Source: a virus. From it: DNA of 64,000 bases. Positions 45,742 through 57,070 of this stretch are shown one piece after another. Under the pieces are notes generated by a model. That model did not search any database and had not been told where the DNA came from. It saw only the letters and a list, made by a program, of their open reading frames with translations. The stretch spans positions 4,416 through 68,415 of the IMG/VR virus record IMGVR_UViG_3300030060_002342; one strand, 5' to 3'. The position numbers were made by a program, and so were the translations under genes. Position 1 is the stretch's first letter, and each line of letters opens with the position of its first letter.

Positions 45742-46920
45742 TTATCTGAATGTGTAGTTAATTCCAAAGTTTGAGTTAAACATTTCTGTGTCCCAGAATT
45801 TAGTATATTCGCCTTCAATAAACAAACCAATTGATTTGCTAACTTTAACTCCTAATACCAAACCAGCTTGGTAATCACTCCATTGTTCACCATCTAATGT
45901 ATCATTATGTCCACCTTTACCCCAGCTGTTTCTATGTAAATAGCTGAAATCTTCATTACCCTGTACATATTTATGATAAGGTAATATCCAGCTACCATAA
46001 GCATGAAGCCAGAAGTTGTTTTTGTAATGGTAAAAGTCCATACCGATGATAGGTGCAACTTCACCAAAAGCATCTAGATCAGCCCAAGCTTCTCTATTAT
46101 ATCGATTTAACAAGCCAGGCATTATCCTGTCTCTAAAATCTGCATCAGTATAAGCTACAATATCTCCTTGTTCATTAACCCAATACCAATCATATGTTGC
46201 ATTACCATACTCATCATTTTGTGAGTAATATACATCATCGTAACCATATTCAAAACCTAGAGTATACCATGGGTTTACAGCGTTACCATCTTCGTCCATT
46301 TCATTTAACCATATCTCTACTGGATTATATCCATAAGGACGTTGATGAGTTCTATATATTGCACCTGCAGATATACTAAACTTCTTACCTATAGGTAACC
46401 TGGCTCTTAATTCACCAGATATATATTGAAAATCTATTTTACCTGTTTCTCTTGCTTCAAACTTAGCTATGTGATAGTCGCCAGTATGTCTAACAAATAA
46501 TCTTTTGTTATCAAACTGTGCGCCGTTAAATCTTTCTTTTTCCCAATGTAGTAAATATTCTAGCCCTTGTACAGCTGACGTTGGTGCTGACAAACCTATT
46601 TGTCTTTCTACTTGCTGATCACCTGTCCAAAAATTACCAGGTTTTATTTCATAATCAAATCTAGCTAGTTTACGTATACCAAAACCATATCTATAATTAA
46701 ATGGATGGTAATTAGCTCTATCCTCTACTTGAGGTATGCCATAAAAATCTTCTGGGTCTGTACGTATGAAATAGTTTGGTTGTACTAGTCTGGAGTTTTC
46801 GATATTACCAGCAGCATAAAAAGTACCGTACTTAAGAAAGTCTTTGTATAATTCTTTAAAAAATTGTGCTTCAGCATTGCTAGAAATTAACAATGCTACA
46901 ATTAATAGTAGTTTTTTCAT
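45742..46920 (-). CDS. Putative outer-membrane beta-barrel protein
   Basis: Sec signal (AEA-Q), aromatic-rich amphipathic strands, and C-terminal NFGINYTFR resembling a beta-signal. Confidence 0.6.
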   Translation of the reverse strand: MKKLLLIVALLISSNAEAQFFKELYKDFLKYGTFYAAGNIENSRLVQPNYFIRTDPEDFYGIPQVEDRANYHPFNYRYGFGIRKLARFDYEIKPGNFWTGDQQVERQIGLSAPTSAVQGLEYLLHWEKERFNGAQFDNKRLFVRHTGDYHIAKFEARETGKIDFQYISGELRARLPIGKKFSISAGAIYRTHQRPYGYNPVEIWLNEMDEDGNAVNPWYTLGFEYGYDDVYYSQNDEYGNATYDWYWVNEQGDIVAYTDADFRDRIMPGLLNRYNREAWADLDAFGEVAPIIGMDFYHYKNNFWLHAYGSWILPYHKYVQGNEDFSYLHRNSWGKGGHNDTLDGEQWSDYQAGLVLGVKVSKSIGLFIEGEYTKFWDTEMFNSNFGINYTFR

Positions 46921-46940
46921 AGTAGAGTGGTTTATTCTTT

Positions 46941-46952
46941 AATTATTACTCG
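46941..46952 (-). promoter_or_regulatory. Class II promoter-like motif CGAGTAATAATT
   Basis: Upstream of the OMP/lysis operon. Confidence 0.4.
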
Positions 46953-49900
46953 TTTTCTCTCTTTTTTAATCTTTCAATTTCGTTTCTTATAAATTCGTTT
47001 CTTTCTTTTATTGAAAGACTTTTGTAATAGTTGTATACGTTGTCAGGCATTCTTTCTTCTATAATCTTCTTCTGTGCGTTAAATGTACTTACAGTCTCTT
47101 TTCTTTTCTTAATACCCTCTTGTTTTCTTCTTTCTTTTGCTTGATCTTTTATTAAGTCATGCTCAGGGAAAGGTTCAACACCTACATCCCAGCTACTCCA
47201 GCCCATAGCCATAGCAACTCTTTGCCATGCTCTATGTCTTGAATCTAATGCAGCGTATGTATTTGTTAATATGTTAACAGCTCTTTGCATAGGTATATTT
47301 GTTGTACCTTCAACCATACTACCTATAACACTGTATATAGGTGAATCTAAATTAAATCCTCTTGCAGCAATAACATCTTTTTCATATGTCATTGTTTTAT
47401 GTGATGAGTACATCTTTCTTATTTTAGAGCCTAATGGTGGAGATAAGTTAATAGCTTCAATTATAGTATACGCATGATCAGTACCCCAAGATTTATCTTC
47501 TTGCTTTTTGTAAGTCATTAATATATTTTTAACTGTAGATACAACAGCACCAGGTAAACCAGATCCTCTTAATATAGTATCTGTCATGTTGTTTATAACT
47601 CTAACCTTTTTACCCATAATTCTATTTGCTTCTCTTTCTTCATCTTCTTCTTCATCACCGTGCATTCCTGGTAGTAAAGCAAATAAAGCATTTTGCATAG
47701 CTGTAAATATAAAGTTTTGTACAGCTCCATAATATATTATTTTACTAATATGTGTTTTAGGATCACCTCTTCTGTTAATTAAATCTCTTGCAGCTTTTTT
47801 CATTAACCTGTTATACTGGAAAGGTGTATTCTGCCAAGCAAATAAAAATCTACCCATTGGACTAGCTTGTATTGCTGATATTAAAGATGGATCAGATGAT
47901 TGCTGTGTTTCTTCAGATATTTTAGAAAAGTCTTCAAATGCTCTTTTAGTAGCATCTTCTTGTGTATAACCTTCTTTAATATATTTATTTACTCTATTAC
48001 GATACATTGATGCACCACCTAATGATATTGCTAAACTATCAACTATTCTTGTCGGTGTAAAACCTATTGATAATAGTTTGTTAATAACACCTTTCACACC
48101 ACCTTTTTTAGCTGCAGCTGCCATTTCAGCTTCTTGTACGTTTATTTCTAAACCACCTCTTCTTTGTTTTAATTTAGGTGAATTAAATATCATACTAAAG
48201 TCTTTCCAAAACTGAGGTTGATTAGCAAATGCTTTAGCAGCAGCTAGTGGATTGTTATCTGACCAGTTTAAAAAGTTAACTGTAGATAAAGACTGTAATG
48301 TTGCTGATCTAAAGTTAAAGAACATAGTAGCACCAACAGAAGCATTGATCCAGTCTTGAAACTCATTCATTAATCTATTGCTACCAAAGTTTCTATTTCT
48401 ACCAGACTTCATTCTAAATAAAGAATCTTCTATAGCATCTCTTATAGGTTTACCATATAAAGCTTCTATTTTATTTAAATTATCTTTATCAAATATTATG
48501 TCAGCGTTCATTTCAAACTGAGCTAAATATTGTTTTCTACCTATCTTACCTGTTATAGCTTGTAAATCTGTAAGTATAGTTTCTGCTACCCAGCTATTAC
48601 CAGGCTCTACATAATTACTTGTTTTAACTATAGGTATTATGCTTTCCGCAAACAACTGTAAGTTAGGATTATTTTCCATAACTTTATTTACAGCTGCTAA
48701 ATCTCTAGCTGCTATTCCTGGTATCTTATGACCAGCTTTGTTCCATAAATATATTCTTACAGCTTGTTCATGTGTTAATACACTACCTGGTATTTCTTTG
48801 TTTAATATTTCTTTAACGTCAGGGTATAATTTCTTTAACGCTCTATAGTCTTCTGTTATTTTTTGTTTAGCTACGTTCATAGCATCTATACCTCTTTGAT
48901 ATGGTTTCATTAAGTTATCATTAAACCATTGCATATCAAGATCACCTTGCTTGCCTTTACCTAAAAAGTTATACATAAGACCCATAAAGTCCTCTGCACT
49001 TGGTGGTAAATAAAAAGTAAACTGACCTGTTTGTGCGCCTTTTATTCTAGCAACAGCATCTGAATATCTAGCTTCCGATACAACACCTTTATCTCTTTGT
49101 ATCATATCGTTAAAGTCTTTAGACATTTTATCTACTTTACTAAACATTACTTGTTGCACATCAGACTTCACGTCTACAACATCTAAAACTGTTTTAACAG
49201 CATTAACATTACCTAGCGCATCATCAGCAAATAAAAAGTCATTATAACCTTCAGCTGCTTTTCTTACTATAAAATCTGCTTTAGCTAATGGGCTACCGTC
49301 TTCTAAACCTGTTATGTTTTCTAACGGTATGTTTAAGCCTACACTCTTTAAAAACTTTTGTATTGCAGGTGCAGCAGCCGCTGGTCTAGCAGTTAGTATA
49401 AACATGTCTTTGCTACCAAACTTCTTTTGTAACTCTAGTGCTCTTTTTAAGAAAGGTCCAGGTTTACCGTCTTTAACATCATTGAACTCGTTAAAATCAA
49501 ACTTAGCACCTTGTTCTTCTAGTATGCCAGCGTCTGTAGCAAATTTAGCTGGTGTTATTTTAGTTACTTTACCATCAGGCATTGTAACTATAATTTTAGA
49601 ATCACTAGTAGCAAGTGTATCATCAAAGTCTAAAACACTAATACCTTTTCTTGTTTTTGATTTTTTCTTAGCTAACTCTAAAGCTTTATCAACTAAGTTT
49701 AACTTATCTATTATCTCTTGCTGTGATAAGTTTTTGCTATACATCACACCTGTATCTTGTAATGCTTTTAAATTATTTTTTTGTGCAGCTTCAAAAGCTT
49801 TTTTATTTTTTACTATTTCAGGACCTACTACTTTACCTGTTGAAAGTTGTTTTAGTTTTACGTTAAACTTGCCTATTGTAAATGGGTTATAATATCTCAA

Positions 49901-52900
49901 CAAGGACATTTGCGTACCATCCCACCATGATGGCATAAAATCTTTATAAAACTTATTAATAGTTGTATGTGCTTTAGTAGATATTAAAGCTGTTCTATAT
50001 CCTGCTAGCTTGTTTTTAAAATCAGTTTGATTTAAATTACCAGTTACATACTCAAATAAAGCTAAACCAATTTCTTTAGCTGGTGTCATGTGCTCAAGAT
50101 CTATTTTACCATCAACTAAATCTTCTTGTACAAAATCCATTATAGCTGAAGTTCTTAGTAAAGAGCCAGGATTATTATTCATTGTTTGTATTAGTGTAGC
50201 TACTTGCGACGACGATATTAATTTCTTACCGTGCATGTCTTTTAGTATATCAGCAAACTTACCTAAAAATTTATTGTCTTGCCTTGACTGCTCAACCATT
50301 ATATTAAGATCAGCTTCTGTAGGCATCTTTTTGTTTTTTAATTGATAAACCTTACTGTTTAAAGTACCTTGATCAGCTCCATCTTTTTTACTATGTAAAT
50401 CTATAAAAGCATTTAGATCTGCTTTATTATTAAACAAACCATATCTATTTGTATTTTTTTTATCAGCTTTATAATTTGGGTTGTCCATTATAGCTGTGCT
50501 ACCAGGTGATACAGGTATAAACCTACCGTCACCAATTTTTGATGCTATAGACATACCACCAAAATATCTTTTAAACTCTGCTTTAGTTATACGGCCTTCG
50601 CTTAACATAGTTGCCAACACTGATCTACCACTTTCTACAGAAGATTTGTTATTAAACAAAGCTGTTCCTGTTAAACCACCATAACCATTTATACCATTAA
50701 ACGACATTGGTGAGCTAGGATCTTGATTAGCTACTTGTTTTATTTCTTGTTTAAATAACTCTGTTGCTGATAAGTTTAACGCAGATACAGCCGGTGTAAA
50801 TGTATTATACTTTTGCCATATTTCATTTATATCTTTTACAATATCTCTTACCTGAGCTTTATTTAAAGCAAACTCAGCTAAGTGGCCAGGTAATGTAGCT
50901 TCTAATTCATTTTGATCATTAGGTGAAATGTTTAATGAAGCTAGCTTATTTACTATATCCATAGCTAGCTGAGAATTAGTTTTACCAATTTTTCTTATGG
51001 TTTTACTAAACATAACATCTGACTTACCATCAGACACAAACTTAAGAGCATCTACTGATCTACCGTCTAACAACTGTTGATCTCTTACAGCTTGATTAGT
51101 TAACATCTTACCAGTCTGCATTACTAGTGCTTTTATTCTAGCACTAACATTAGTTTCTTTTTTATATAAGTTAGTACCATCTTCTATAATACCAAAGTAC
51201 TCTAAGAAATCTTTTTTATAAGCTTTATAAGGTTCAGTCTCTACTTTTTGTTGTACTATCTCTCCGTTTTCGTTTGTAACTTGTTGTATTGTAAATTGTT
51301 CTGGAACAGGATTTTTAATTTGCTCAGTTAAATTAGCAGCACTACCTGTTTTAGCATACTTTACTTTATCACCTTTAGTATAAAACTTATCTAATAAAAC
51401 CTTTTGAACGCCTGTTGAAGTACCACTTGTAGTAGTACCATCAGGTAACATTTGTATTAATACATCTACATTTTCTTGTATAAACTCTTGAGCGTTTGTT
51501 ATATCACCTCTAGTTAAGTTACCAGGTTTTGGTTTAATACCAAACATCTCTTGTGTTTGATTAGGCGTAGCATCTGTTAATGATTTAAAGTCTTTACCTT
51601 TTATATCTATATTTAATTCTTTTACAGCTGCATCTATTGTTTTAGCTAAATCAGATGTCAATTCATCTTTTAGTCTTATCTTAACTCTACTAGATAGGTT
51701 TAAGTTAGATACTTTACTTTTGTTTTCGTTAGGTGTAAAGTTATTATTATCTAGTATGTTATCTATTTCACCTGGTGTAAAATCACCTAAGCTAACTTTA
51801 AAGTCTAGACCAACACCATACTTTTTTCGTATACCATCTATTTTTTGTTCTATCTGACCGTTTATCCAAGCACTTATAGGTTTACCTTCACTTGGGTTCC
51901 ATCTTCTTATTATATCTACTATACCTCTAGCACCTTTAACATCACCATATGCAATATCAGCAACCATATCATCTATGTATTTACTGTAGTCTGAAAACTT
52001 AGAATACTTTTTAAATCTTCTTCTTATTTCGTTTTCCCAACCAAAGCCAGCTTCTTGAGCTTTACTAATATCAAAACCATCCCAAGAAAAATTACCATCA
52101 GCATCTTTTGTTATACCTAGTAATCTTTCTGTTTGATCAAACAATTGTTCGTTACCCATAGAAAAGTCAACACCATCTTTCTTTTGCATTTCCTGTACTG
52201 CAGCTGTAGCTTGTGCCATTTTAACCTCACCTCTCATAACTCTAGAAGCAGCACCAGATATTTCACCAGCGTCAAAACCACTAGCAAAACTATGTAACAT
52301 GTCAAATACATCTTTACCAGTTTTTATTTCATTAAACTGATCTGTATCTTTAGTTGTATCTTGCCACCAGTCTAAGGCACCTTTAAGCATAGTTTGATCT
52401 GCTTTTAAATCATACTTTCTCATAAAGTCTATAGCTCTAGCTAATTTTTCCTCAGCTCTTTTAGCTTCGTTCATTTCTTTATAAGCTGGATCATCTTGTA
52501 CAACTTCAAATAAACCTTTATATCTACCTCTTAAATAACTGTCTAACATATTAGCCATAGATACTAAATCACCACCTTGCTCTACTATTGATCTAAACAA
52601 TGTTTGATGGCTAAGCTCATGTGAAAATACACTAGCATTACCTAAACCACCACCTCTTTCAGACATAGTTAAATCTTGAAAAGTAAAGTTTTGATTACCT
52701 TCGCTTATAGAAAAACCATGAATATCATGGCCCTGAGCTTTAGCATCTACTATTACTTTAGCAACTCTTCTCTTTAATCTGTTTTTTTGCTCAGGTGTTA
52801 AGCTAGAAGCTTCTATCTTGTCATTTGCATCTTTTAACAAGTTATCAACACCTCTACCTTTTACAACATTTATATTTTTACCAGTTAATACAGCGTCTTT

Positions 52901-55111
52901 CATAACTAACTTACTAGTTCTGTATTGATCTTTAAACAATTGAGCTTTATTTAAAAGTGTTTCATGTTGATACTCTAGATTATTTATTTCATTAATCTTT
53001 TCGTTTATAGCTTTTGATTTCATTTTTGGCGACATATCGCTGTTAGCATTTATATTATCTATTTCTGCTTTTAGCTTTCTTACGTCTCTCATTAACTCTA
53101 CAGCTTGGCGCTTTTGAGTGTTACTCATGTTATCAACTCTTGTCTCTGTTTCGTACTTTGTATCTAAGTTCATTCTCAACAAAGCATCTTGTTGTTTTCT
53201 TAGCTGTGATATTGCGGCTTTTTGAGAACCAGGATTTAATTTATTTAGCTTTTCTAACCTGTCTATTTCATTTTGCATTTCAATAACTTCAAGTGTATTA
53301 GCGTTTAACTGTTTCCACTTTTTAGCAGTTGTAAAGCTTTGATACATGTCTTTAGCTACAACTGGAGCTTGAAAACCAAAACCTGACATTAAAGCACCTG
53401 TTATATAAGCCTCACCAACACCATCAAATATATCAACGTCTTCATCTAACATGTATCTACCAATAGTGTTTTGAATTATACTAGCACCTGCTTCAGCCAT
53501 ACCTTCACTGTTAACTTGTATTGCGTAGTTTGTTAAAGCTTTTTCAACATTCATTTGCCTTAACGTATATTTTGGTAGCTCTCTAGTAAGATCTAAGTTT
53601 CCAGCCGCAGCTTTTGCATATGCTTTTTTAAAGTTGTTTTTACCAAAACCACCAAAAGCTTTTAACATACCTTTTGCTTGACCTAAACTAATTCTTTCTG
53701 TTATATATTCTGCAACACCAAATCCCATTGAGCCAGCATAATAATTTAAAGCACTTATATCTTCACCGTTCTCCATACGTATATTAAGTTCAGACATTTT
53801 ATTACCCGCAGCACCAGCTGCAACAAGCATTAAACCAGTACCACCAGTAGATAGTGTAACAGCTGTGTTTATAGATTGTTCAGCAAATAGATCTACCATA
53901 AATACACCAAAATCACCTAAGCTATCTATATCACCTAAAGCTATATTTTTTCTAGCTTGACCACCTATTTCTTCAGCAACATCTGCCGTGTAGTCTGAAA
54001 GCTTATCTAAACCTTTATATAAATAAACACCTGTTTTAGCTCTTACATATGATTTAAGAGCATCTGGAACCATCTCTAATTGGCTATCATCTGCTAAGTC
54101 TAAACCAGTAGTTCTTTTTATTATAGAGTACGGTGTTAATTCAGCACCAACTTGACTTAGACCACTAACTAAGTTTAATGCTGTTTTTTGTACCTTCATT
54201 ATAGGTACTTCTAGTTCGTTATAAGATCTTTTTGATAAATCACCTAAGTCAGCTATTTCTTCAGCTTGACCTTGCAACGTATCTAATTTATCAAGCTCAT
54301 CTTGAAAAGCGGCTGTATGACCTCTATACTCTTCTAATAGCTCTCTATGTTTAAATACTATGTCTTGTGTGATTTGTTCTTGCGGAGTGTTTTCGATCGC
54401 AGTTAATTGACCGTGCAAGTTTTCTATGTGTGTTTTTCGGTTTTTAATACCTGCTATATGATTTACTATTTCAGTTTCTTTAACTTTAAATTCTTGATCA
54501 TATTTAGCCTTTATGTCAGCTCTTACTTGTTCGTATTCTGTTTTAGGTCTTTCATATCCTGTTATATTGCCATCTTCGTCCTTAACAGGTACTAATGTTT
54601 TGTTACCTGGACCATACTTACTTAAAAATACAGCTACATCATTACTACCATCTAATGATAAAAATGGTTGTACTTCATCTTCTATAGTATCAAATAAACC
54701 TTCTGTTTTCTGTGCTCTTTTCTTTTGCTTGGCTTGTGTTATCCACATATTCCTAGCATCTTCTTTACTAACTTTATCAGTTACTAGCTCTTCCCATGGA
54801 AACTCTTCATATGTTTCAGTTGATTTTATACCGTAAACAGGAAACTTAGAATCCATACCACCTGAAACACCTCTAAGCTGTTCTTTTTCTAATATTCTAG
54901 TCTTTTTAACTTTAGTATCAGCTTGTGTTTCTATGGCTTGTATTTCATCTTGAGATAGCTTACCTTGTTTATCTATTCGATATTTATATAAGCTGGCTCT
55001 GTCAGTTACACCTGGCAGTATTTCTGCAGTACCATATTTACCTCGGTCCTTTTCCTTTATCAGCTTATACTCGCCTTCATGGAAAATACCTATCATATTT
55101 GTTTCCGGCAT
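46946..55111 (-). CDS. Large polyvalent internal virion (DNA-ejection) protein with zincin and HAD domains
   Basis: 2721 aa; HELSH at about 52607-52621; HAD motifs LDFDDTLA, ILTAR, K, FADD at about 49200-49640; helical C-terminus typical of ejected proteins. Confidence 0.75.
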   Translation of the reverse strand: MPETNMIGIFHEGEYKLIKEKDRGKYGTAEILPGVTDRASLYKYRIDKQGKLSQDEIQAIETQADTKVKKTRILEKEQLRGVSGGMDSKFPVYGIKSTETYEEFPWEELVTDKVSKEDARNMWITQAKQKKRAQKTEGLFDTIEDEVQPFLSLDGSNDVAVFLSKYGPGNKTLVPVKDEDGNITGYERPKTEYEQVRADIKAKYDQEFKVKETEIVNHIAGIKNRKTHIENLHGQLTAIENTPQEQITQDIVFKHRELLEEYRGHTAAFQDELDKLDTLQGQAEEIADLGDLSKRSYNELEVPIMKVQKTALNLVSGLSQVGAELTPYSIIKRTTGLDLADDSQLEMVPDALKSYVRAKTGVYLYKGLDKLSDYTADVAEEIGGQARKNIALGDIDSLGDFGVFMVDLFAEQSINTAVTLSTGGTGLMLVAAGAAGNKMSELNIRMENGEDISALNYYAGSMGFGVAEYITERISLGQAKGMLKAFGGFGKNNFKKAYAKAAAGNLDLTRELPKYTLRQMNVEKALTNYAIQVNSEGMAEAGASIIQNTIGRYMLDEDVDIFDGVGEAYITGALMSGFGFQAPVVAKDMYQSFTTAKKWKQLNANTLEVIEMQNEIDRLEKLNKLNPGSQKAAISQLRKQQDALLRMNLDTKYETETRVDNMSNTQKRQAVELMRDVRKLKAEIDNINANSDMSPKMKSKAINEKINEINNLEYQHETLLNKAQLFKDQYRTSKLVMKDAVLTGKNINVVKGRGVDNLLKDANDKIEASSLTPEQKNRLKRRVAKVIVDAKAQGHDIHGFSISEGNQNFTFQDLTMSERGGGLGNASVFSHELSHQTLFRSIVEQGGDLVSMANMLDSYLRGRYKGLFEVVQDDPAYKEMNEAKRAEEKLARAIDFMRKYDLKADQTMLKGALDWWQDTTKDTDQFNEIKTGKDVFDMLHSFASGFDAGEISGAASRVMRGEVKMAQATAAVQEMQKKDGVDFSMGNEQLFDQTERLLGITKDADGNFSWDGFDISKAQEAGFGWENEIRRRFKKYSKFSDYSKYIDDMVADIAYGDVKGARGIVDIIRRWNPSEGKPISAWINGQIEQKIDGIRKKYGVGLDFKVSLGDFTPGEIDNILDNNNFTPNENKSKVSNLNLSSRVKIRLKDELTSDLAKTIDAAVKELNIDIKGKDFKSLTDATPNQTQEMFGIKPKPGNLTRGDITNAQEFIQENVDVLIQMLPDGTTTSGTSTGVQKVLLDKFYTKGDKVKYAKTGSAANLTEQIKNPVPEQFTIQQVTNENGEIVQQKVETEPYKAYKKDFLEYFGIIEDGTNLYKKETNVSARIKALVMQTGKMLTNQAVRDQQLLDGRSVDALKFVSDGKSDVMFSKTIRKIGKTNSQLAMDIVNKLASLNISPNDQNELEATLPGHLAEFALNKAQVRDIVKDINEIWQKYNTFTPAVSALNLSATELFKQEIKQVANQDPSSPMSFNGINGYGGLTGTALFNNKSSVESGRSVLATMLSEGRITKAEFKRYFGGMSIASKIGDGRFIPVSPGSTAIMDNPNYKADKKNTNRYGLFNNKADLNAFIDLHSKKDGADQGTLNSKVYQLKNKKMPTEADLNIMVEQSRQDNKFLGKFADILKDMHGKKLISSSQVATLIQTMNNNPGSLLRTSAIMDFVQEDLVDGKIDLEHMTPAKEIGLALFEYVTGNLNQTDFKNKLAGYRTALISTKAHTTINKFYKDFMPSWWDGTQMSLLRYYNPFTIGKFNVKLKQLSTGKVVGPEIVKNKKAFEAAQKNNLKALQDTGVMYSKNLSQQEIIDKLNLVDKALELAKKKSKTRKGISVLDFDDTLATSDSKIIVTMPDGKVTKITPAKFATDAGILEEQGAKFDFNEFNDVKDGKPGPFLKRALELQKKFGSKDMFILTARPAAAAPAIQKFLKSVGLNIPLENITGLEDGSPLAKADFIVRKAAEGYNDFLFADDALGNVNAVKTVLDVVDVKSDVQQVMFSKVDKMSKDFNDMIQRDKGVVSEARYSDAVARIKGAQTGQFTFYLPPSAEDFMGLMYNFLGKGKQGDLDMQWFNDNLMKPYQRGIDAMNVAKQKITEDYRALKKLYPDVKEILNKEIPGSVLTHEQAVRIYLWNKAGHKIPGIAARDLAAVNKVMENNPNLQLFAESIIPIVKTSNYVEPGNSWVAETILTDLQAITGKIGRKQYLAQFEMNADIIFDKDNLNKIEALYGKPIRDAIEDSLFRMKSGRNRNFGSNRLMNEFQDWINASVGATMFFNFRSATLQSLSTVNFLNWSDNNPLAAAKAFANQPQFWKDFSMIFNSPKLKQRRGGLEINVQEAEMAAAAKKGGVKGVINKLLSIGFTPTRIVDSLAISLGGASMYRNRVNKYIKEGYTQEDATKRAFEDFSKISEETQQSSDPSLISAIQASPMGRFLFAWQNTPFQYNRLMKKAARDLINRRGDPKTHISKIIYYGAVQNFIFTAMQNALFALLPGMHGDEEEDEEREANRIMGKKVRVINNMTDTILRGSGLPGAVVSTVKNILMTYKKQEDKSWGTDHAYTIIEAINLSPPLGSKIRKMYSSHKTMTYEKDVIAARGFNLDSPIYSVIGSMVEGTTNIPMQRAVNILTNTYAALDSRHRAWQRVAMAMGWSSWDVGVEPFPEHDLIKDQAKERRKQEGIKKRKETVSTFNAQKKIIEERMPDNVYNYYKSLSIKERNEFIRNEIERLKKRENE

Positions 55112-55112
55112 A

Positions 55113-56393
55113 TTATTTTGCTTTAAAGTGTCTTTTCAAAAACTTATTAATAGTTGCGCTATCAGCGCTAGCTGAGATTGAAGATGTGCCTCTTCGTGTT
55201 GAAGTATCATAAACAACATATCTACCGTCCATAAGTCTAAGCTCTTTATTAGTGCTAGTTCTGTGTTCTACTGTAGGGAAAATTTTATATTTTTTCTCTG
55301 GAACCGTAATACCACCTGATTCAGTAGCAGGTTCTACTATTTCTTCAGAGTAACTAGTTATATTTCCACTATCATCAAACGCAAAGTCATCATCACTATC
55401 ACCAGTACCATTAGCTTTTTTACCTTTTGTAGCTGAATTATTTAAATGTACCATAAGTTGATCTTTTACAGCATCGTTTATAGCTTCTTTAGCACCTACA
55501 CTTACACTTGTGTCATTACTGTTTGCCATGTCCATAGCTTGATCTAGCGTATAATCTTTACCATCTATATTAACTGTAGATATTTGTTGATTTAATGGAG
55601 TACCAAATAAATCATCTGCTAAAAAAGATTGAGTAACGTTCCAGCCACCTGTGTCTAAAATGTTAGCTATTTTATTTTGATGCATTTGTTTTTCAGCGTC
55701 ACTAATATCTTTACCACTGTTATATATACTTTTATTTAGTTCTAAAAACTGTTTAGCTTCATCGTTTGCTTTTGAAAAAGGAGCATCGTTACCTGTAGTA
55801 TTTAAATTAAACTCTTCAACACCTTCACCACTAAAAAATAAATTACCATCTTCACTTATTCTTACATCTAAATTATCTGTATATAGTTGTGACAAGTTAT
55901 ACATCTTACCACCTGGATCATTTGCGGCAGAAAAGTTTTTTGTTTGATGATCTTCTAAAAAATCTTTTTTATCAGTACCAAATTGATCAAACTGTGTTTT
56001 GATATTATTCATAGCGTTTTTAACTCTATTTATAATATCAACATTCATTTGATAACCTTGCTCACCAGGATTATACTGTACTATATCTTGTGCAGCTTGA
56101 GCAGCTTCATTTTTCATTTCTAATAACTTCTCTGTTATAGCACCTCTATATTTGTCTGGTATTTGTGATACATCAAAGTCTGGCGGTAAACTATTTATAT
56201 AACTAGCAACAGTGGTTTCCATTTCAGCTTCTTGTGCTTTTCTTTTAGCTTTAGCTTGCATAGCAGCCATTTGCATAGCTTGACCACTACCACCATATCT
56301 AGCTTGTATATTAGCTTGACGCATAGCTGCAGCTGATGATGTACCAGCACCGTATGCAAATTTTGCTCCTTGTATTAATGATTCGTTTGCCAT
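55113..56393 (-). CDS. Putative internal virion/ejection protein
   Basis: 426 aa with Ala/Gln-rich N-terminus; upstream of the polyvalent protein. Confidence 0.6.
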   Translation of the reverse strand: MANESLIQGAKFAYGAGTSSAAAMRQANIQARYGGSGQAMQMAAMQAKAKRKAQEAEMETTVASYINSLPPDFDVSQIPDKYRGAITEKLLEMKNEAAQAAQDIVQYNPGEQGYQMNVDIINRVKNAMNNIKTQFDQFGTDKKDFLEDHQTKNFSAANDPGGKMYNLSQLYTDNLDVRISEDGNLFFSGEGVEEFNLNTTGNDAPFSKANDEAKQFLELNKSIYNSGKDISDAEKQMHQNKIANILDTGGWNVTQSFLADDLFGTPLNQQISTVNIDGKDYTLDQAMDMANSNDTSVSVGAKEAINDAVKDQLMVHLNNSATKGKKANGTGDSDDDFAFDDSGNITSYSEEIVEPATESGGITVPEKKYKIFPTVEHRTSTNKELRLMDGRYVVYDTSTRRGTSSISASADSATINKFLKRHFKAK

Positions 56394-56408
56394 TTTTATT
56401 ATTTTATT

Positions 56409-57047
56409 TTATCCTTCGACTGATCCTAAACCAGCTTGCATGTCAGCACCAAAGCCACTAACAGCGCCACCAACTTGACCAATACCACCGATTACTTGTT
56501 GTTTTGCAGCTTCTCTTGCAGCATCCGCAGCTCCTTTTCTTTGTTGCGCCATACCTAACATAGTACCTGTTTTTTCGTACTGCAAACTTCTTGCGGCACC
56601 AGCACCTTGTCTTTCAGCCATTTGATTACTAGCTGCTTGTTGTGCGGCAGCCGCTTGATTACTAGCTTCTTGTCTACCAATATCTGCAGCAGCAGCTTGG
56701 TTTTGTTGTGAAGCTTGATTAGCCATAGATTGCGCTAAAGCAGCAATACCGGATCCACCAGCTGCTCCAGACATACTTTGCATAATATTTGCTTGTGATG
56801 CTTGATTTTGTTGTGCTTGAAAGTTAGAAGCTTGTTGATTTACAGTTAAGTCTTCAGCTGTATTTTCTAAGTTAGCCATCAAGTTAGAGGTATCTAAGTT
56901 TGAATACTGTTGCTTCATTTGATTTAGTTCTCTTTGTGCGGCTCTTTGTTCTTGTCTTCTTTTACGACCACCGATAAGTCCTCCAGCTATATTAGCTATC
57001 CCACCTAAGGCTGCGCCGCCCGCTTTCATCATAGTAAATGGATCCAT
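56409..57047 (-). CDS. Putative DNA pilot/ejection protein
   Basis: Gly/Ala-rich hydrophobic ends and Gln/Ala-rich coiled coil. Confidence 0.65.
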   Translation of the reverse strand: MDPFTMMKAGGAALGGIANIAGGLIGGRKRRQEQRAAQRELNQMKQQYSNLDTSNLMANLENTAEDLTVNQQASNFQAQQNQASQANIMQSMSGAAGGSGIAALAQSMANQASQQNQAAAADIGRQEASNQAAAAQQAASNQMAERQGAGAARSLQYEKTGTMLGMAQQRKGAADAAREAAKQQVIGGIGQVGGAVSGFGADMQAGLGSVEG

Positions 57048-57070
57048 ATTCTTTTATATTAAGTTATTAT

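Noticed and set aside
49616-49630. DFDDT as a crAss-like virion RNA polymerase DxDxD motif
   Set aside because: It is DxDxT followed by HAD motifs II-IV, which indicates a phosphatase
49314-49892. 192-aa plus-strand ORF
   Set aside because: Antisense to the HAD domain of the large protein, with no recognisable features
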